From NCBI GenBank assembly GCA_008369845.1, contig MRSU01003398.1, forward strand, positions 1-34,166: a DNA stretch of 34,166 bases, given 5' to 3'. This document shows positions 8,658 to 18,473 of this stretch, in pieces. Positions within the stretch are counted from its first letter, which is position 1. Every line of letters begins with the position of its first letter. This DNA comes from Trichomonas gallinae (Eukaryota). The position numbers were made by a program, and so were the translations under genes. The notes beneath the pieces are model-generated. The model was not told where the DNA came from, ran no database searches, and was given only the letters and a program-made list of their open reading frames with translations.

Positions 8658-11492
8658 TTATTTGAGATTCTTGAGCTCTCTTATAGAAGCTCTTGCGCTG
8701 TTCAACAGTTCAGATGCGACTTCATTTTTCTGACACATCATCGTTAATATTGGAATATATAATCTATCAGCTAAATAAACGAGCTGCTTTACTTTATCTT
8801 CCCCAAGAATCTCCTTTGCCTTTGCATATGCTTCGCCTGGTGGACATTTGAGCGGATAAAGTCGAATAATCATCTGAATTCCTTTTGCAATCCACTGATC
8901 TCCTTCCGTTGGAGTCTTGAAAGATGCACCTGAAAAACTCCTCAAGTGTCCATATATTTGTGCCTGATCTGAAATTGTCTTCGATAAAGCATAGTCAGAA
9001 ATTTTTTGACAAATTCTATGTTTCTTTTCTTCATCTAAATTCGCTCCAACTCCGAAATTCGTGCCAAATAATGCAGCTATTATTGGGTGGCAGATCGGTT
9101 TCGTGTTCTCGAACAGTTTCTTTGTCTTTTCATCACAGACAAATCTGAAAACATCATCGATTTCTGAAAGTAAAATTAAGATATAAATTATCAAACGATT
9201 CTCAGTTGAAAACCATGTCATCCATGCTTGATTAGTCAATATATCATGTGCAGTGTTTAATGCATCTATTCTGCTTTCGAACTTTATATCATAAGCAAGA
9301 TAGAAAGATGAAATCTGTGCTACCCATTTGTTAGCTTCTTCGACGGAAACTTCAAAAGTGTGAGTGAAACCGGAATCAATCAAAAACTCAACTATTTTCG
9401 ATATATTAGGCTTTTTGGATATAACAAGTGTCTCCTGAAGCCAGTCAGCGAAAACGTTTATCAAATCCTTCTGGTCGTCATCGATGTCGTCATCGCAGTA
9501 GATTTCTGCTTCAATTCCTCTGCTGCTTGTGATAATTTTTTGAAATTTTCTACCTTCTGGTGCTTGCGCTGGTGGGTACTCATATGTCACAAATTTTATG
9601 TCAGCTCCAACAATGTTAGACAGCATCCTGAAGTTTCCGCATATTAATTCACATAACTCGTTGTTTGCTACAGAAATTTGTCCTAAAACATTATTAATCA
9701 AAACTGTTGGGATAATTATGAAAATCATGTGAGAAATTCTTGTCAAAAAATTCAAGTTCTCTTTTTCGTTTTCGAAATTAGTGAAAATGCTAACGAAATT
9801 AGAATCAGTGACAACAAATTTTGTTCCATCTGTTGTGATAAATGATTTAGCGTTATCGACAAATTCTATTTCATATTTTTCGCCAGAAAAAACGTCAATT
9901 ACTTCTTTGTATTCATTAAATCTCGCAATGTTCACATTCACTCTTCCAGGCAGAACTGTCTGTATTTCTTGCTGGAATGTTCCATCTTTAACCATATTAA
10001 CGAGTTTCCCAAAAACTGAAATTACGTTGTCTGTTTTTTCTTGTTCGATTTTGTTTTGCGCGTTAAACTTTTCTATTTGCTTTACCAATCTAAGCTGGTG
10101 CAAAATTGGTGGAAGAGACATAGAGAATAGCATCGCTAAAGTTGATTGAACTTGTGAAAAACTCGTTGAAATTAAAGAATTATATAAAACAATGACAAAA
10201 TTTGTGTTTTCGACTTTAAGAACCATCATTGATGTGATTCTTGATAATGTTGGGTCATTGTCAACTTGCATGTTGAAATCCTTGTGGCTGCGTGGCGAAA
10301 TATATGTTGAAACTGTCTGAAAATCAATTGATTTTCTGATTAAAGAATCACCTTCAGCTAAAACAGGGATTTCTTTTTCATTTGGATCTGGCTGTGATAG
10401 CAAAACTCTGCATCTCTCAGCACTCGCTATGAAGCAGAACTGCTGCTGGAATGATTCTATGGCGTTCTTTTCTGTGCGCAAATTAGAAATTACGTTTCCA
10501 ATCATTTTGAAGTGTCGCGGTGCGACTTGGATGAAAATAGACCTGAATATGAACAGCAGTGGCGCTATATATGCTGATAGTAAAGAAAGACGGGATTTGT
10601 CTAAAGGTGTAAAAGATTTGTTGAATAAAATTAAAATACCGCCGACGCCTCCAATATGTGTTGAAAATGGAGCTGACATGATCGATTTATCTGTGTCGAA
10701 TATGCAATTCTCGCGTGATTTATCGAAATTTATGTTATTAAGAGGATTTGAAATTTGTGTTAATTCATTTTGCGTAAATAAGTAACCTGATAATGTTTTT
10801 GACAAAGGAAGAACATAAGTAAACTTTTCTGTCGGATAAATTAGCTCATCTGAGTTTGGAATTTTGAATAAAATTTTGCATTCATCAATTTCGAGTAATT
10901 TCGCAAAATCACTAAGTGTTGATGAGTAAAAATTGTAAAATTTTGTTGTGTTAGTACCAGATTTAACTAAATTGTCTTCTAGAAGTGGATCTAATGCAAT
11001 TTCGTGTAAAATTGGAACCATCTTGTCTAAATATTCTTTGCAGTATGAAATATGACGCATTATATCATCTAAAAGCTCAACACGTAGTGCTGGTTGCGTT
11101 AATGATATTGCTTTTTCAGTTACATCATCAAATATTGTGTTTTTAGAAAAAATTTGCGATTCAATGACAGATGATTCATTTAGGAACTGATCCAAGTCTA
11201 TAACACCTGCAATTCGTAGAATTCGAAGAAAATCATCTTGGGCGAAAGGTAATTTACGCGATGGAGATGGTAAAGTCATTGGATCATCTTTTGGAGCCTC
11301 AATCTTCTCACCAATAGTCTCATTTACGATTTTTGAGAAATATTGAAGATATTGATTTTGAACTTTTCTTAATTCGAGAAGTTTTGCTCTTAATTTTTTA
11401 TAATTCTGTTGTAATCTGTTCTTCTTCTCAATATACACTTCTATTTCCTGCGTTTTATCTATGTTCAGAGTCACAACATCATCATCTAACAT
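8658..11492 (-). CDS. GAF-domain protein with a degenerate (probably inactive) cyclic-nucleotide phosphodiesterase-like C-terminal domain, 944 aa
   Basis: N-terminal coiled coil. GAF-A about aa 185-315 (FD..KSIMSAPF..GGILILFNKSFTPLD, the PDE-type NKxxFxxD motif). GAF-B about aa 335-465 (AERCRVLL..SPRSHKDFNMQVD..SMMVL..LYNS..F). The last ~245 aa follow the class I PDE helix pattern but lack the YHN/HD metal ligands. Confidence 0.75.
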   Translation of the reverse strand: MLDDDVVTLNIDKTQEIEVYIEKKNRLQQNYKKLRAKLLELRKVQNQYLQYFSKIVNETIGEKIEAPKDDPMTLPSPSRKLPFAQDDFLRILRIAGVIDLDQFLNESSVIESQIFSKNTIFDDVTEKAISLTQPALRVELLDDIMRHISYCKEYLDKMVPILHEIALDPLLEDNLVKSGTNTTKFYNFYSSTLSDFAKLLEIDECKILFKIPNSDELIYPTEKFTYVLPLSKTLSGYLFTQNELTQISNPLNNINFDKSRENCIFDTDKSIMSAPFSTHIGGVGGILILFNKSFTPLDKSRLSLLSAYIAPLLFIFRSIFIQVAPRHFKMIGNVISNLRTEKNAIESFQQQFCFIASAERCRVLLSQPDPNEKEIPVLAEGDSLIRKSIDFQTVSTYISPRSHKDFNMQVDNDPTLSRITSMMVLKVENTNFVIVLYNSLISTSFSQVQSTLAMLFSMSLPPILHQLRLVKQIEKFNAQNKIEQEKTDNVISVFGKLVNMVKDGTFQQEIQTVLPGRVNVNIARFNEYKEVIDVFSGEKYEIEFVDNAKSFITTDGTKFVVTDSNFVSIFTNFENEKENLNFLTRISHMIFIIIPTVLINNVLGQISVANNELCELICGNFRMLSNIVGADIKFVTYEYPPAQAPEGRKFQKIITSSRGIEAEIYCDDDIDDDQKDLINVFADWLQETLVISKKPNISKIVEFLIDSGFTHTFEVSVEEANKWVAQISSFYLAYDIKFESRIDALNTAHDILTNQAWMTWFSTENRLIIYILILLSEIDDVFRFVCDEKTKKLFENTKPICHPIIAALFGTNFGVGANLDEEKKHRICQKISDYALSKTISDQAQIYGHLRSFSGASFKTPTEGDQWIAKGIQMIIRLYPLKCPPGEAYAKAKEILGEDKVKQLVYLADRLYIPILTMMCQKNEVASELLNSARASIRELKNLK

Positions 11493-11545
11493 TTAATAAA
11501 AACGAATCAATTTTTGACGTGTAAATAATTTACATGACATATTTT

Positions 11546-11669
11546 ATATATAGGTGGTATAATCACAAGCGATTTCAACATCAGAAGTAATGAAATCGCA
11601 ACTTAACATACCCACCTGTTTTGCGATACCATAGCGCGAAACCCGGGTTACTTGTGGGGTATATGTCAC
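11546..11669 (-). ncRNA. Candidate structured ncRNA with an H/ACA-snoRNA-like layout (strand uncertain)
   Basis: GC-rich island in an AT-rich spacer. Stems at 11552-11560/11608-11617 and 11569-11577/11591-11599 (perfect 9 bp) flank an 8x8 internal loop, with a second weaker hairpin at 11623-11669. The minus strand has AAAACA (ANANNA) between the hairpins and AUA after the last one. Confidence 0.3.
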
Positions 11670-11895
11670 ATTAAGATATCATACATAAATTGAAATATTA
11701 TGGGATTGCAATATCCAGAACATGAGACCGAATTTTACATGACAAATCATCAGAAAATTTAAATTTTACATGTCAAATTGTCAGGATGATACCAAGAATA
11801 ATTTTGATATTTGGTGAAACATTTATCGATTTAAATAGCAGATATAAAAAAATCTTTATTTTCCGAATAATGAAAAAATAAAATAGATAGTGATA

Positions 11896-13254
11896 TTATA
11901 TAATAGAAGAAGCCATTGAGTATTCAGATGAGTACTCATTGATCTTCTTCTCTTCTCTAACAAAGAATGCTAACACACACATAATGAAAATTCCACCAAT
12001 TTCAGGTCCGAAATTGAGCGCTATGAGCTTCTTCCATTCGTCGTTTGTCTTGATTTTAGGAGCAATGGCAGTCCTACAATATGGAACAATCATGCGAACG
12101 ATGCTCGTTAGAAGCAAAGGAGCTGCAACGACGAAGCTTACAACAGAAAGATCGAAGTTCTTCGCGATGAGTGGAATAACGATGCATATCTGCGCAATAG
12201 TGAAGAAGCTCAAGAAGTATGCAAAAACTTCCCAAACGATTACACTATTTTTGCTTCCAATTCCAATAAAAGCGCCAAACACAATAAGATCCAATATATC
12301 GATAACAAGGAGAATAAGGTGCTTCATGCGTATGGAGTTGCACAAAAGGGAGAAAACAATAACGCCCGAAATAGTGCCACCATATGATAATAATCTAACT
12401 GTTGTGAATTCTTTGGATGAAAATCTACTTGAAGCCTGGTTGAATATTGTTGACTGCATCTCGAAGCATAAACACAAGAGAATCGTAATATAAACAATCG
12501 GCAAATAGAAATTTTTGCTCTTCAATGCTTCAGCGATTTTTTTATTGCATTGTTTTAAGCGCCACATCGCTGTTGGATGCTCTGGCTTTTCTTCAAATAT
12601 AGAGAAAGGAGTTTCTTCTTCTGGATTGACGGTCATGTATTCGTGTCCTTCAGGAACATCTGATAAATAAAATGAAATTGTCGCAATTATGAGTAATCCT
12701 GCAGCAACGAAGAATATAAGATTCCATTCATGCTTATCAAGAAGAGTAACAATATCTAACTTCGGTATTCCGTAGAAATTAGCTAATACTAATCTTTCGA
12801 AGAAGAATAGGCCACCGAATGCAAGGTAATAGTGCTCCTTGGTAAACCAAACAGAAATAACTTTGAATACCGAACTAAATCCTATTCCCGAAAATAATCC
12901 AAAAAGTGTTGCACTGAAAGCGAGGTATTTTACTTTAACCGAAACACCAAATAGAATCGCAGCATTTGCTTGAATGATCGAAAATACTAGTAAAACCATA
13001 GATGGCTTAAAAACATCGAGTAAAATCGGAAATATAACAATTCCAATCACGCCACTGATTTGATATGGTAAGTAGAACTTCCCAAAGTCTTTATCTGTTA
13101 AGTTAAGCTTTTTTTCGAGTGATTGTCTTCGATTATGTAATCCGAATAAAAAGTAGTCTTGAGCTAGAAGCCACGCTAACAAGGCAAACACCGACAAAAA
13201 CCTATATACATGGAACCCGAACGTTCTTGATTCTTTGGTGTCCGAACTTTCCAT
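11896..13254 (-). CDS. Major facilitator superfamily transporter (divergent)
   Basis: About 12 hydrophobic segments in two halves separated by a charged loop; LNLT..FG, a degenerate motif A (PILLDVFKP) and ISVWFTKEH..AFG. The first ATG is at 13254 (MESSDTKE); the track start at 13269 is TTG. Confidence 0.85.
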   Translation of the reverse strand: MESSDTKESRTFGFHVYRFLSVFALLAWLLAQDYFLFGLHNRRQSLEKKLNLTDKDFGKFYLPYQISGVIGIVIFPILLDVFKPSMVLLVFSIIQANAAILFGVSVKVKYLAFSATLFGLFSGIGFSSVFKVISVWFTKEHYYLAFGGLFFFERLVLANFYGIPKLDIVTLLDKHEWNLIFFVAAGLLIIATISFYLSDVPEGHEYMTVNPEEETPFSIFEEKPEHPTAMWRLKQCNKKIAEALKSKNFYLPIVYITILLCLCFEMQSTIFNQASSRFSSKEFTTVRLLSYGGTISGVIVFSLLCNSIRMKHLILLVIDILDLIVFGAFIGIGSKNSVIVWEVFAYFLSFFTIAQICIVIPLIAKNFDLSVVSFVVAAPLLLTSIVRMIVPYCRTAIAPKIKTNDEWKKLIALNFGPEIGGIFIMCVLAFFVREEKKINEYSSEYSMASSII

Positions 13255-14814
13255 TATAAATTTTGTCAATTTTCTTACAAAATTGACATTTTTACAAATT
13301 TGAAACTCTTTAGACCATACATCCCATTTTTAGACCAAAAACTACCCTGTGAGCCTGGTTTACGTTGAAAAATCTGATATTTAACAGTGAGATATTGATT
13401 TCTCTTTTTTAACCTATGGAGTTCTAATTCACAACACATTCATACTACCTTCTACACATTGAAGGATACATTCACCTTTATTCCGCTACATTTTTCGCAT
13501 ATTAAATATATTCAATCAATATTTCTACCAAAAATGAAATTAAATCAAAAATACTTGAACATTTTAATCTAAAATCCATATAACAGCACATATATTGATT
13601 TATCACTATAGCAAATCAGTCATAATTTCATTATTTAAATTTATATCACATGAAAAAGATACAATTAAACCATTAAATTGTGTTTATATGTGGTACTTGG
13701 ACTTTATATCCTTAGAAATTGGAAATAATAGCTGCAATAAATAAGTATTGTTTCAGATTTCAAGTTGATTGAAAAATAATTCATAGTTTTACTTTTTAAT
13801 TTCGATGAGATTGAGATACGTTCAGTAAATATAATGATATATCAAACAACACAACTCTAATAGCATAAAGAAAAACGACATTTGTTTCATTTTTCCAATT
13901 AACTAAAAATAGTTCAAATAAAAATAGCAGTCATGTTCATTGCAATACTTCCCTAAGAATTACGGTTCAAAAGAGTATCCATTTCAAACAAAATACCGAT
14001 AAATGATAAAAAAGCAGATTGATTATAATCAATTACCGAATTTTATTGAATATTAATACATAAATCAATAATATAAAGATGTGTTTTCGGTTCAAAGACG
14101 TTTTGATTTTTTATTTGATATTTGACATTAGATGATGAATTGTAGACTATATTAATTTAATTGTTTGAATTATTCTAGAAAAAATGCTCTGAAAAGTCAA
14201 CTTTTCAAGTTGAGAAAAGTATACTTAACATATAATTTTAAGCTATTTAAACTTAGTTAATTTTTGAGAGTGTTCTCAAATTATGAATAACAATTCAAAA
14301 ATCAAACACCATTCAAATATTCAAATAATAGGTTAAAACGTCTTATTTTTAGTATTACTCTTTGTTTATTAATATTAAATCATTTTTAAATAAATGATTT
14401 TTTAAATTTTTTTCAATTTTTCCCATTTGATAATATTTGAATATAAAAAAGAATTTTTATTTTTTGAATTTTTATATTTTTTTTCTTTCGAATGAAATTT
14501 GCTTATATTTGACGATATACAATGATAATTTAACAAAAAAATGTAAATATAATGGATATAGATTTATTGTCAAAAATACTATAAAGATGTATCTAATTAA
14601 CATACAATGAATTGCCCAAAATTCACAATTTTTGAATCATTCACAAAAAAATTCAATAAATAATAAATAACACTTGAATCGAATGGATTTATTCAAACTT
14701 TAACGACAACATACATGAATATACCGTTTATTTGGATATAATGTGGTTTAAGTTGACAGAAAGAATATATTCAATGAGATTTTGCTAGGCATTCAATTTT
14801 TTTATTTTGTCAAA

Positions 14815-15744
14815 ATGAAGCACGTGGAGAAAGTATTGCTGGATAAGGGATATGAAATAGTAAAGTTCATCAACAACGGGAGCTTCGGACTCTGTTATTT
14901 AGTCAGATCAATCAATTATAACCAAGATTTTGTATGCAAAGTTTCTATCAGTGAATTTCAGGACCCTAAGTTTCTGGAAAAGATTACATGTGAAGCAGAA
15001 ATCCTATCAAAGCTTAATCATCCAAATATTATACGAATTTATGATTATTTTGTTGAATTTGGCCAGTTCTATATGATATTAGAATATTGCAGCGGTGGAA
15101 ACCTGTATGAAATCATTCATAATAAAACTGAAATCGACCCAAAGAAGTTAATGAAGTACGCAAATCAGATTATTGAAGCACTTCACTTCATGCACAACAA
15201 ATCAGTGGCTCACTGCGATATAAAACTATCTAATATCCTATTGGACCAATTTGATCGCATTAAAATATGCGATTTTGGGTTATCTCACTTCGTTAATAAA
15301 TGTGAACTTGTTGATGGCAAGAAAGGACTACGTGGCACTCTTAACTACCTCGCACCTGAGATCATTCTTGGCTTTGATTATGATCCTTATAAGTCTGACG
15401 TTTGGGCTCTGGGCGTTACTTTGTTTTGCATGATAACCAAGCATTTTCCGTTCAATTCTGTTAATGCGACAATGTTATTAACAGATATACACAATGGAAA
15501 AGGAAAATTGGACCCAACATCTGGCCAATTAGCGAGAATTGTCAATATGTGCTTTGAACCAGAGCCAACTCACAGGCCATCCATGGCAATGGTGAGACTG
15601 AAGATGTCTGAGATGTACACGTGCTCTTTGGCAAACATGAGAAATAAATCATGCCAAAAAACATTGGTAACCACAGCCAAAAACAGAATCCTCACGCTCC
15701 CAAGGAAGAGGCTATCAAGCTCATTTGCCAGAAATTCAATATAA
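14815..15744 (+). CDS. CAMK-like Ser/Thr protein kinase, non-RD type
   Basis: NGSFG, VCK, LNHPNIIRIYD, LEYCSGG, HCDIKLSN, DFG, GTLNYLAPE, DVWALG, RPS. The first ATG is at 14815 (track start 14782 is TTG). Stop overlaps TAAA (15742-15745). Confidence 0.93.
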   Translation: MKHVEKVLLDKGYEIVKFINNGSFGLCYLVRSINYNQDFVCKVSISEFQDPKFLEKITCEAEILSKLNHPNIIRIYDYFVEFGQFYMILEYCSGGNLYEIIHNKTEIDPKKLMKYANQIIEALHFMHNKSVAHCDIKLSNILLDQFDRIKICDFGLSHFVNKCELVDGKKGLRGTLNYLAPEIILGFDYDPYKSDVWALGVTLFCMITKHFPFNSVNATMLLTDIHNGKGKLDPTSGQLARIVNMCFEPEPTHRPSMAMVRLKMSEMYTCSLANMRNKSCQKTLVTTAKNRILTLPRKRLSSSFARNSI

Positions 15745-16233
15745 AATTGTTTGTATATTTTTTTATTATTTCTAAGTTATTTTATAGCCTATTCGCATTG
15801 ATATACTAATCACATTAATAGATATAGTCCTATATATTAATCTATTTAATGACATTGATTTTATATCCATTAATATTGAATTTACAAGAAAACAAATCCT
15901 ATAATTTTATAAAAATAGAAAATTTATTGCAGAACATTTTAGAAAAAACATAGCTTATGCTATAAAAGATGCTTTATATTAAATTTATTTTGAGCTTGAA
16001 TGATTTATAGTGATGTAATTAATAGCCACAAGTTCTATAGATAAATAATATCTGCTAAACTTTTAATAAGCGAATATTTTTTTTTGTTATATAATAATAT
16101 GAATTAATAATAAAATTAATAAGATATACTGTTCCTTTTTGGCGAAAAAAGATGATTATTTGAGTTTCGTTGCCAGTTGTCGAATAATTTATAGAGAGAT
16201 GAAACAATAAACGATAGAAAAATTTTAAATTTT

Positions 16234-16285
16234 GTCACTTTTATCAGATTTTTCGTCACTTTTCTAAGAAAATATTGTCACTTTT
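16234..16285 (+). promoter_or_regulatory. Triple GTCACTTTT repeat, each copy containing the Inr TCACT
   Basis: Exact GTCACTTTT at 16234, 16255 and 16277; the last copy ends 2 nt before the ATG at 16288. Confidence 0.6.
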
Positions 16286-16287
16286 TA

Positions 16288-17430
16288 ATGAAATCAAACG
16301 AAATTCAAAAAAACCTAAAAAAAGTCGTCTGCCCGATTTCTGATATATCACACATTATAGTTCCACCTGCTGATGACTCAGATGCCTATTACAACTCATT
16401 AAAATGCTTAAGATTGTGGGCAACGAAATTATTCATTCGAATGCAAAGAGGACAGAACGTTTTACTATCGATGGACTGCGAAGGATGGAAGCTAGGAACA
16501 ATACCGAAATCATTAGGACTTCTACAAATCTGCGAAATTCTTGATCAATCGATTCTTAGTCACGATCCACAAATACATCCACCAATCAAATCTCTTAACC
16601 TTAAATCAGGATTTTTGATACATTTCCCTGCAAGCGCAGAGATAATTGACATTCTTTCAGGAATTCTTCATCATCCCAAAGTTATCTTGTGTACATACGA
16701 TTTCACGTCAGATATATCATCACTAATGGAAGCAGGCATCAAAATTAATACAGAACTCATCTTTGACGCTCAACTATTTTGCGATATGAAAAATCCTTTA
16801 ACGAATACGAATGTTTCTTCAATTCTTAACCCAGCGAGAGAGATGATAGGCAAAATAAAGGAAGCACAAGCTGCATACATCTTTATGAATACGAGAAAAG
16901 GAAATATGTTCGATTTCTTGACATTTCTCCATAGAAACGACAAAGATCCATTTATGTCGATGATTGATGATGATTTCTACAAGTACGCTGCAGGTGACCT
17001 AGTTATGACTGCTTTGGCGACAGTTCACAGTTTTACATATAATTATTCTGACATTACATGGGAAATGTCTCAGCTCAAAGTGAAAGAGTTCCTGTCGCTG
17101 CAGAAACAGTATGACAAGCTATTGATGCCATCAGCAATAAGACAGGCTTCTTTCCTGAAGAAATACAATTTGAGAGAGTTGCTGGATTATCAGATTCGTC
17201 CATACACGAACTTCAATGATGATGAGGCAATAAAGAAAGCCTTGACGTTATATGTTAAGGCTGATATGGTCGTAAACCTCCTCAACATTCTTCCTGCGAG
17301 CGAAGCTTCATCGTTTATAGGTATAAACGCGACAAGGATAAGAGACGAGCTCGAAAAGTCCCTGGAATTAGTCAAAGTTAGAATTCTCACTCTTTCTCCA
17401 TTCGATGATGACTCATCTACTCCATATTAA
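16288..17430 (+). CDS. DEDDy 3'-5' exonuclease (RNase D/WRN/EXD1/Egalitarian-like), 380 aa
   Basis: ExoI LSMDCEG..LGLLQIC, ExoII KVILCTYDFTSD..IFDAQL and ExoIII YKYAAGD; the catalytic D-E-D-Y-D residues are all present. Confidence 0.8.
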   Translation: MKSNEIQKNLKKVVCPISDISHIIVPPADDSDAYYNSLKCLRLWATKLFIRMQRGQNVLLSMDCEGWKLGTIPKSLGLLQICEILDQSILSHDPQIHPPIKSLNLKSGFLIHFPASAEIIDILSGILHHPKVILCTYDFTSDISSLMEAGIKINTELIFDAQLFCDMKNPLTNTNVSSILNPAREMIGKIKEAQAAYIFMNTRKGNMFDFLTFLHRNDKDPFMSMIDDDFYKYAAGDLVMTALATVHSFTYNYSDITWEMSQLKVKEFLSLQKQYDKLLMPSAIRQASFLKKYNLRELLDYQIRPYTNFNDDEAIKKALTLYVKADMVVNLLNILPASEASSFIGINATRIRDELEKSLELVKVRILTLSPFDDDSSTPY

Positions 17431-18473
17431 TTTTATTTCTTTTAGATATAAAATATTTTTGTTTGTTTTTTTAGTATTACTTTACTTTTTTTTTTATATG
17501 ATTAATTTGATTAACATATATGATAGCCAAAAATGCTGTTATTATAAATACGCCAGGTGTATAGTCCCAACATTTTCCCCAGTCAATTGTATAGAATCTA
17601 TATTTAAGTGATTTATTTTTCACGTATAAGATAGAATATCTCGGAGAATTTTTTCTGAAGTTTTTGCTCCATTAATTTTCAAAAATTTGTAGCACTAAAT
17701 TGATCCAAACATACAGGCAACATCAAACAATTCTGTATCAATATTTTCCGAAAAAACAGAATCTATATGTAATTTTAAAAAAGTCAATATTATCTTCTGC
17801 AACAACTGATCGTATATTGCTAGATATGTAATTATTAAAAAGTGGTGTATTCCAATTTAAGACATTGTTAATGCATCTTTTTCTTGGTTAATACATTTTA
17901 ATCTATCAGTTATCTTATAATTATAATGGTAATTTTAGATAAACTTATGAGCTAATGTTAAGCGTCAATGTTTACATCGAAAAAGACAGTGTCAAGATTT
18001 TCGTATTGCTCCAATTCTTTAGGAACATGGAAGTGACTTGTTAACAAATTTCTCAACAGTAAATATCATGATATCAACATTATGTCAATTTTTTGATGAT
18101 TCCTAATTTGGTTCATAGATTTATTTGTTACATATAGACTATATATACATATTTAATCCATTTTATCAAATATAAACAACATAGATCAAGGATCCGAGTT
18201 AATACAAAAATTCATGTCAGAAAAACATCAATTTTTACCTTTACATGTTATTCAAATACCATTTTAATATATTTACATGTCAATTATTTAAAAGTGACCA
18301 CTGCTGGTATTATTAATTTGCATGGATTCTACAAACAATTTACATCTCAAGAATATTGGTTTCGAAAGAGCCTCTCCCATTCAAAACGAAAAGTCATGAG
18401 AAAAATGCCGTCACCATTTTGAAATACTGTTTGCGTTTAATTATAGGTAAAGTTTTATATCAATAGTAAGTTT

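Noticed and set aside
11731..11784. Possible CRISPR-like repeat-spacer array from the ~31-bp phased repeats
   Set aside because: Only 2-3 imperfect copies with ~8-nt gaps, no cas genes, and a eukaryotic context.
8924..12493. Plus-strand ORFs antisense to the GAF and MFS genes (e.g. 9781-10149, 10429-10785, 11939-12493)
   Set aside because: They are shadow ORFs of real genes, mostly with non-ATG starts and no recognisable motifs.
14258..14400. Short hairpins in the 1.5-kb divergent spacer (TTTGAGA/TCTCAAA, AAATCATTT/AAATGATTT)
   Set aside because: Short AT-rich stems are expected in a very AT-rich background.
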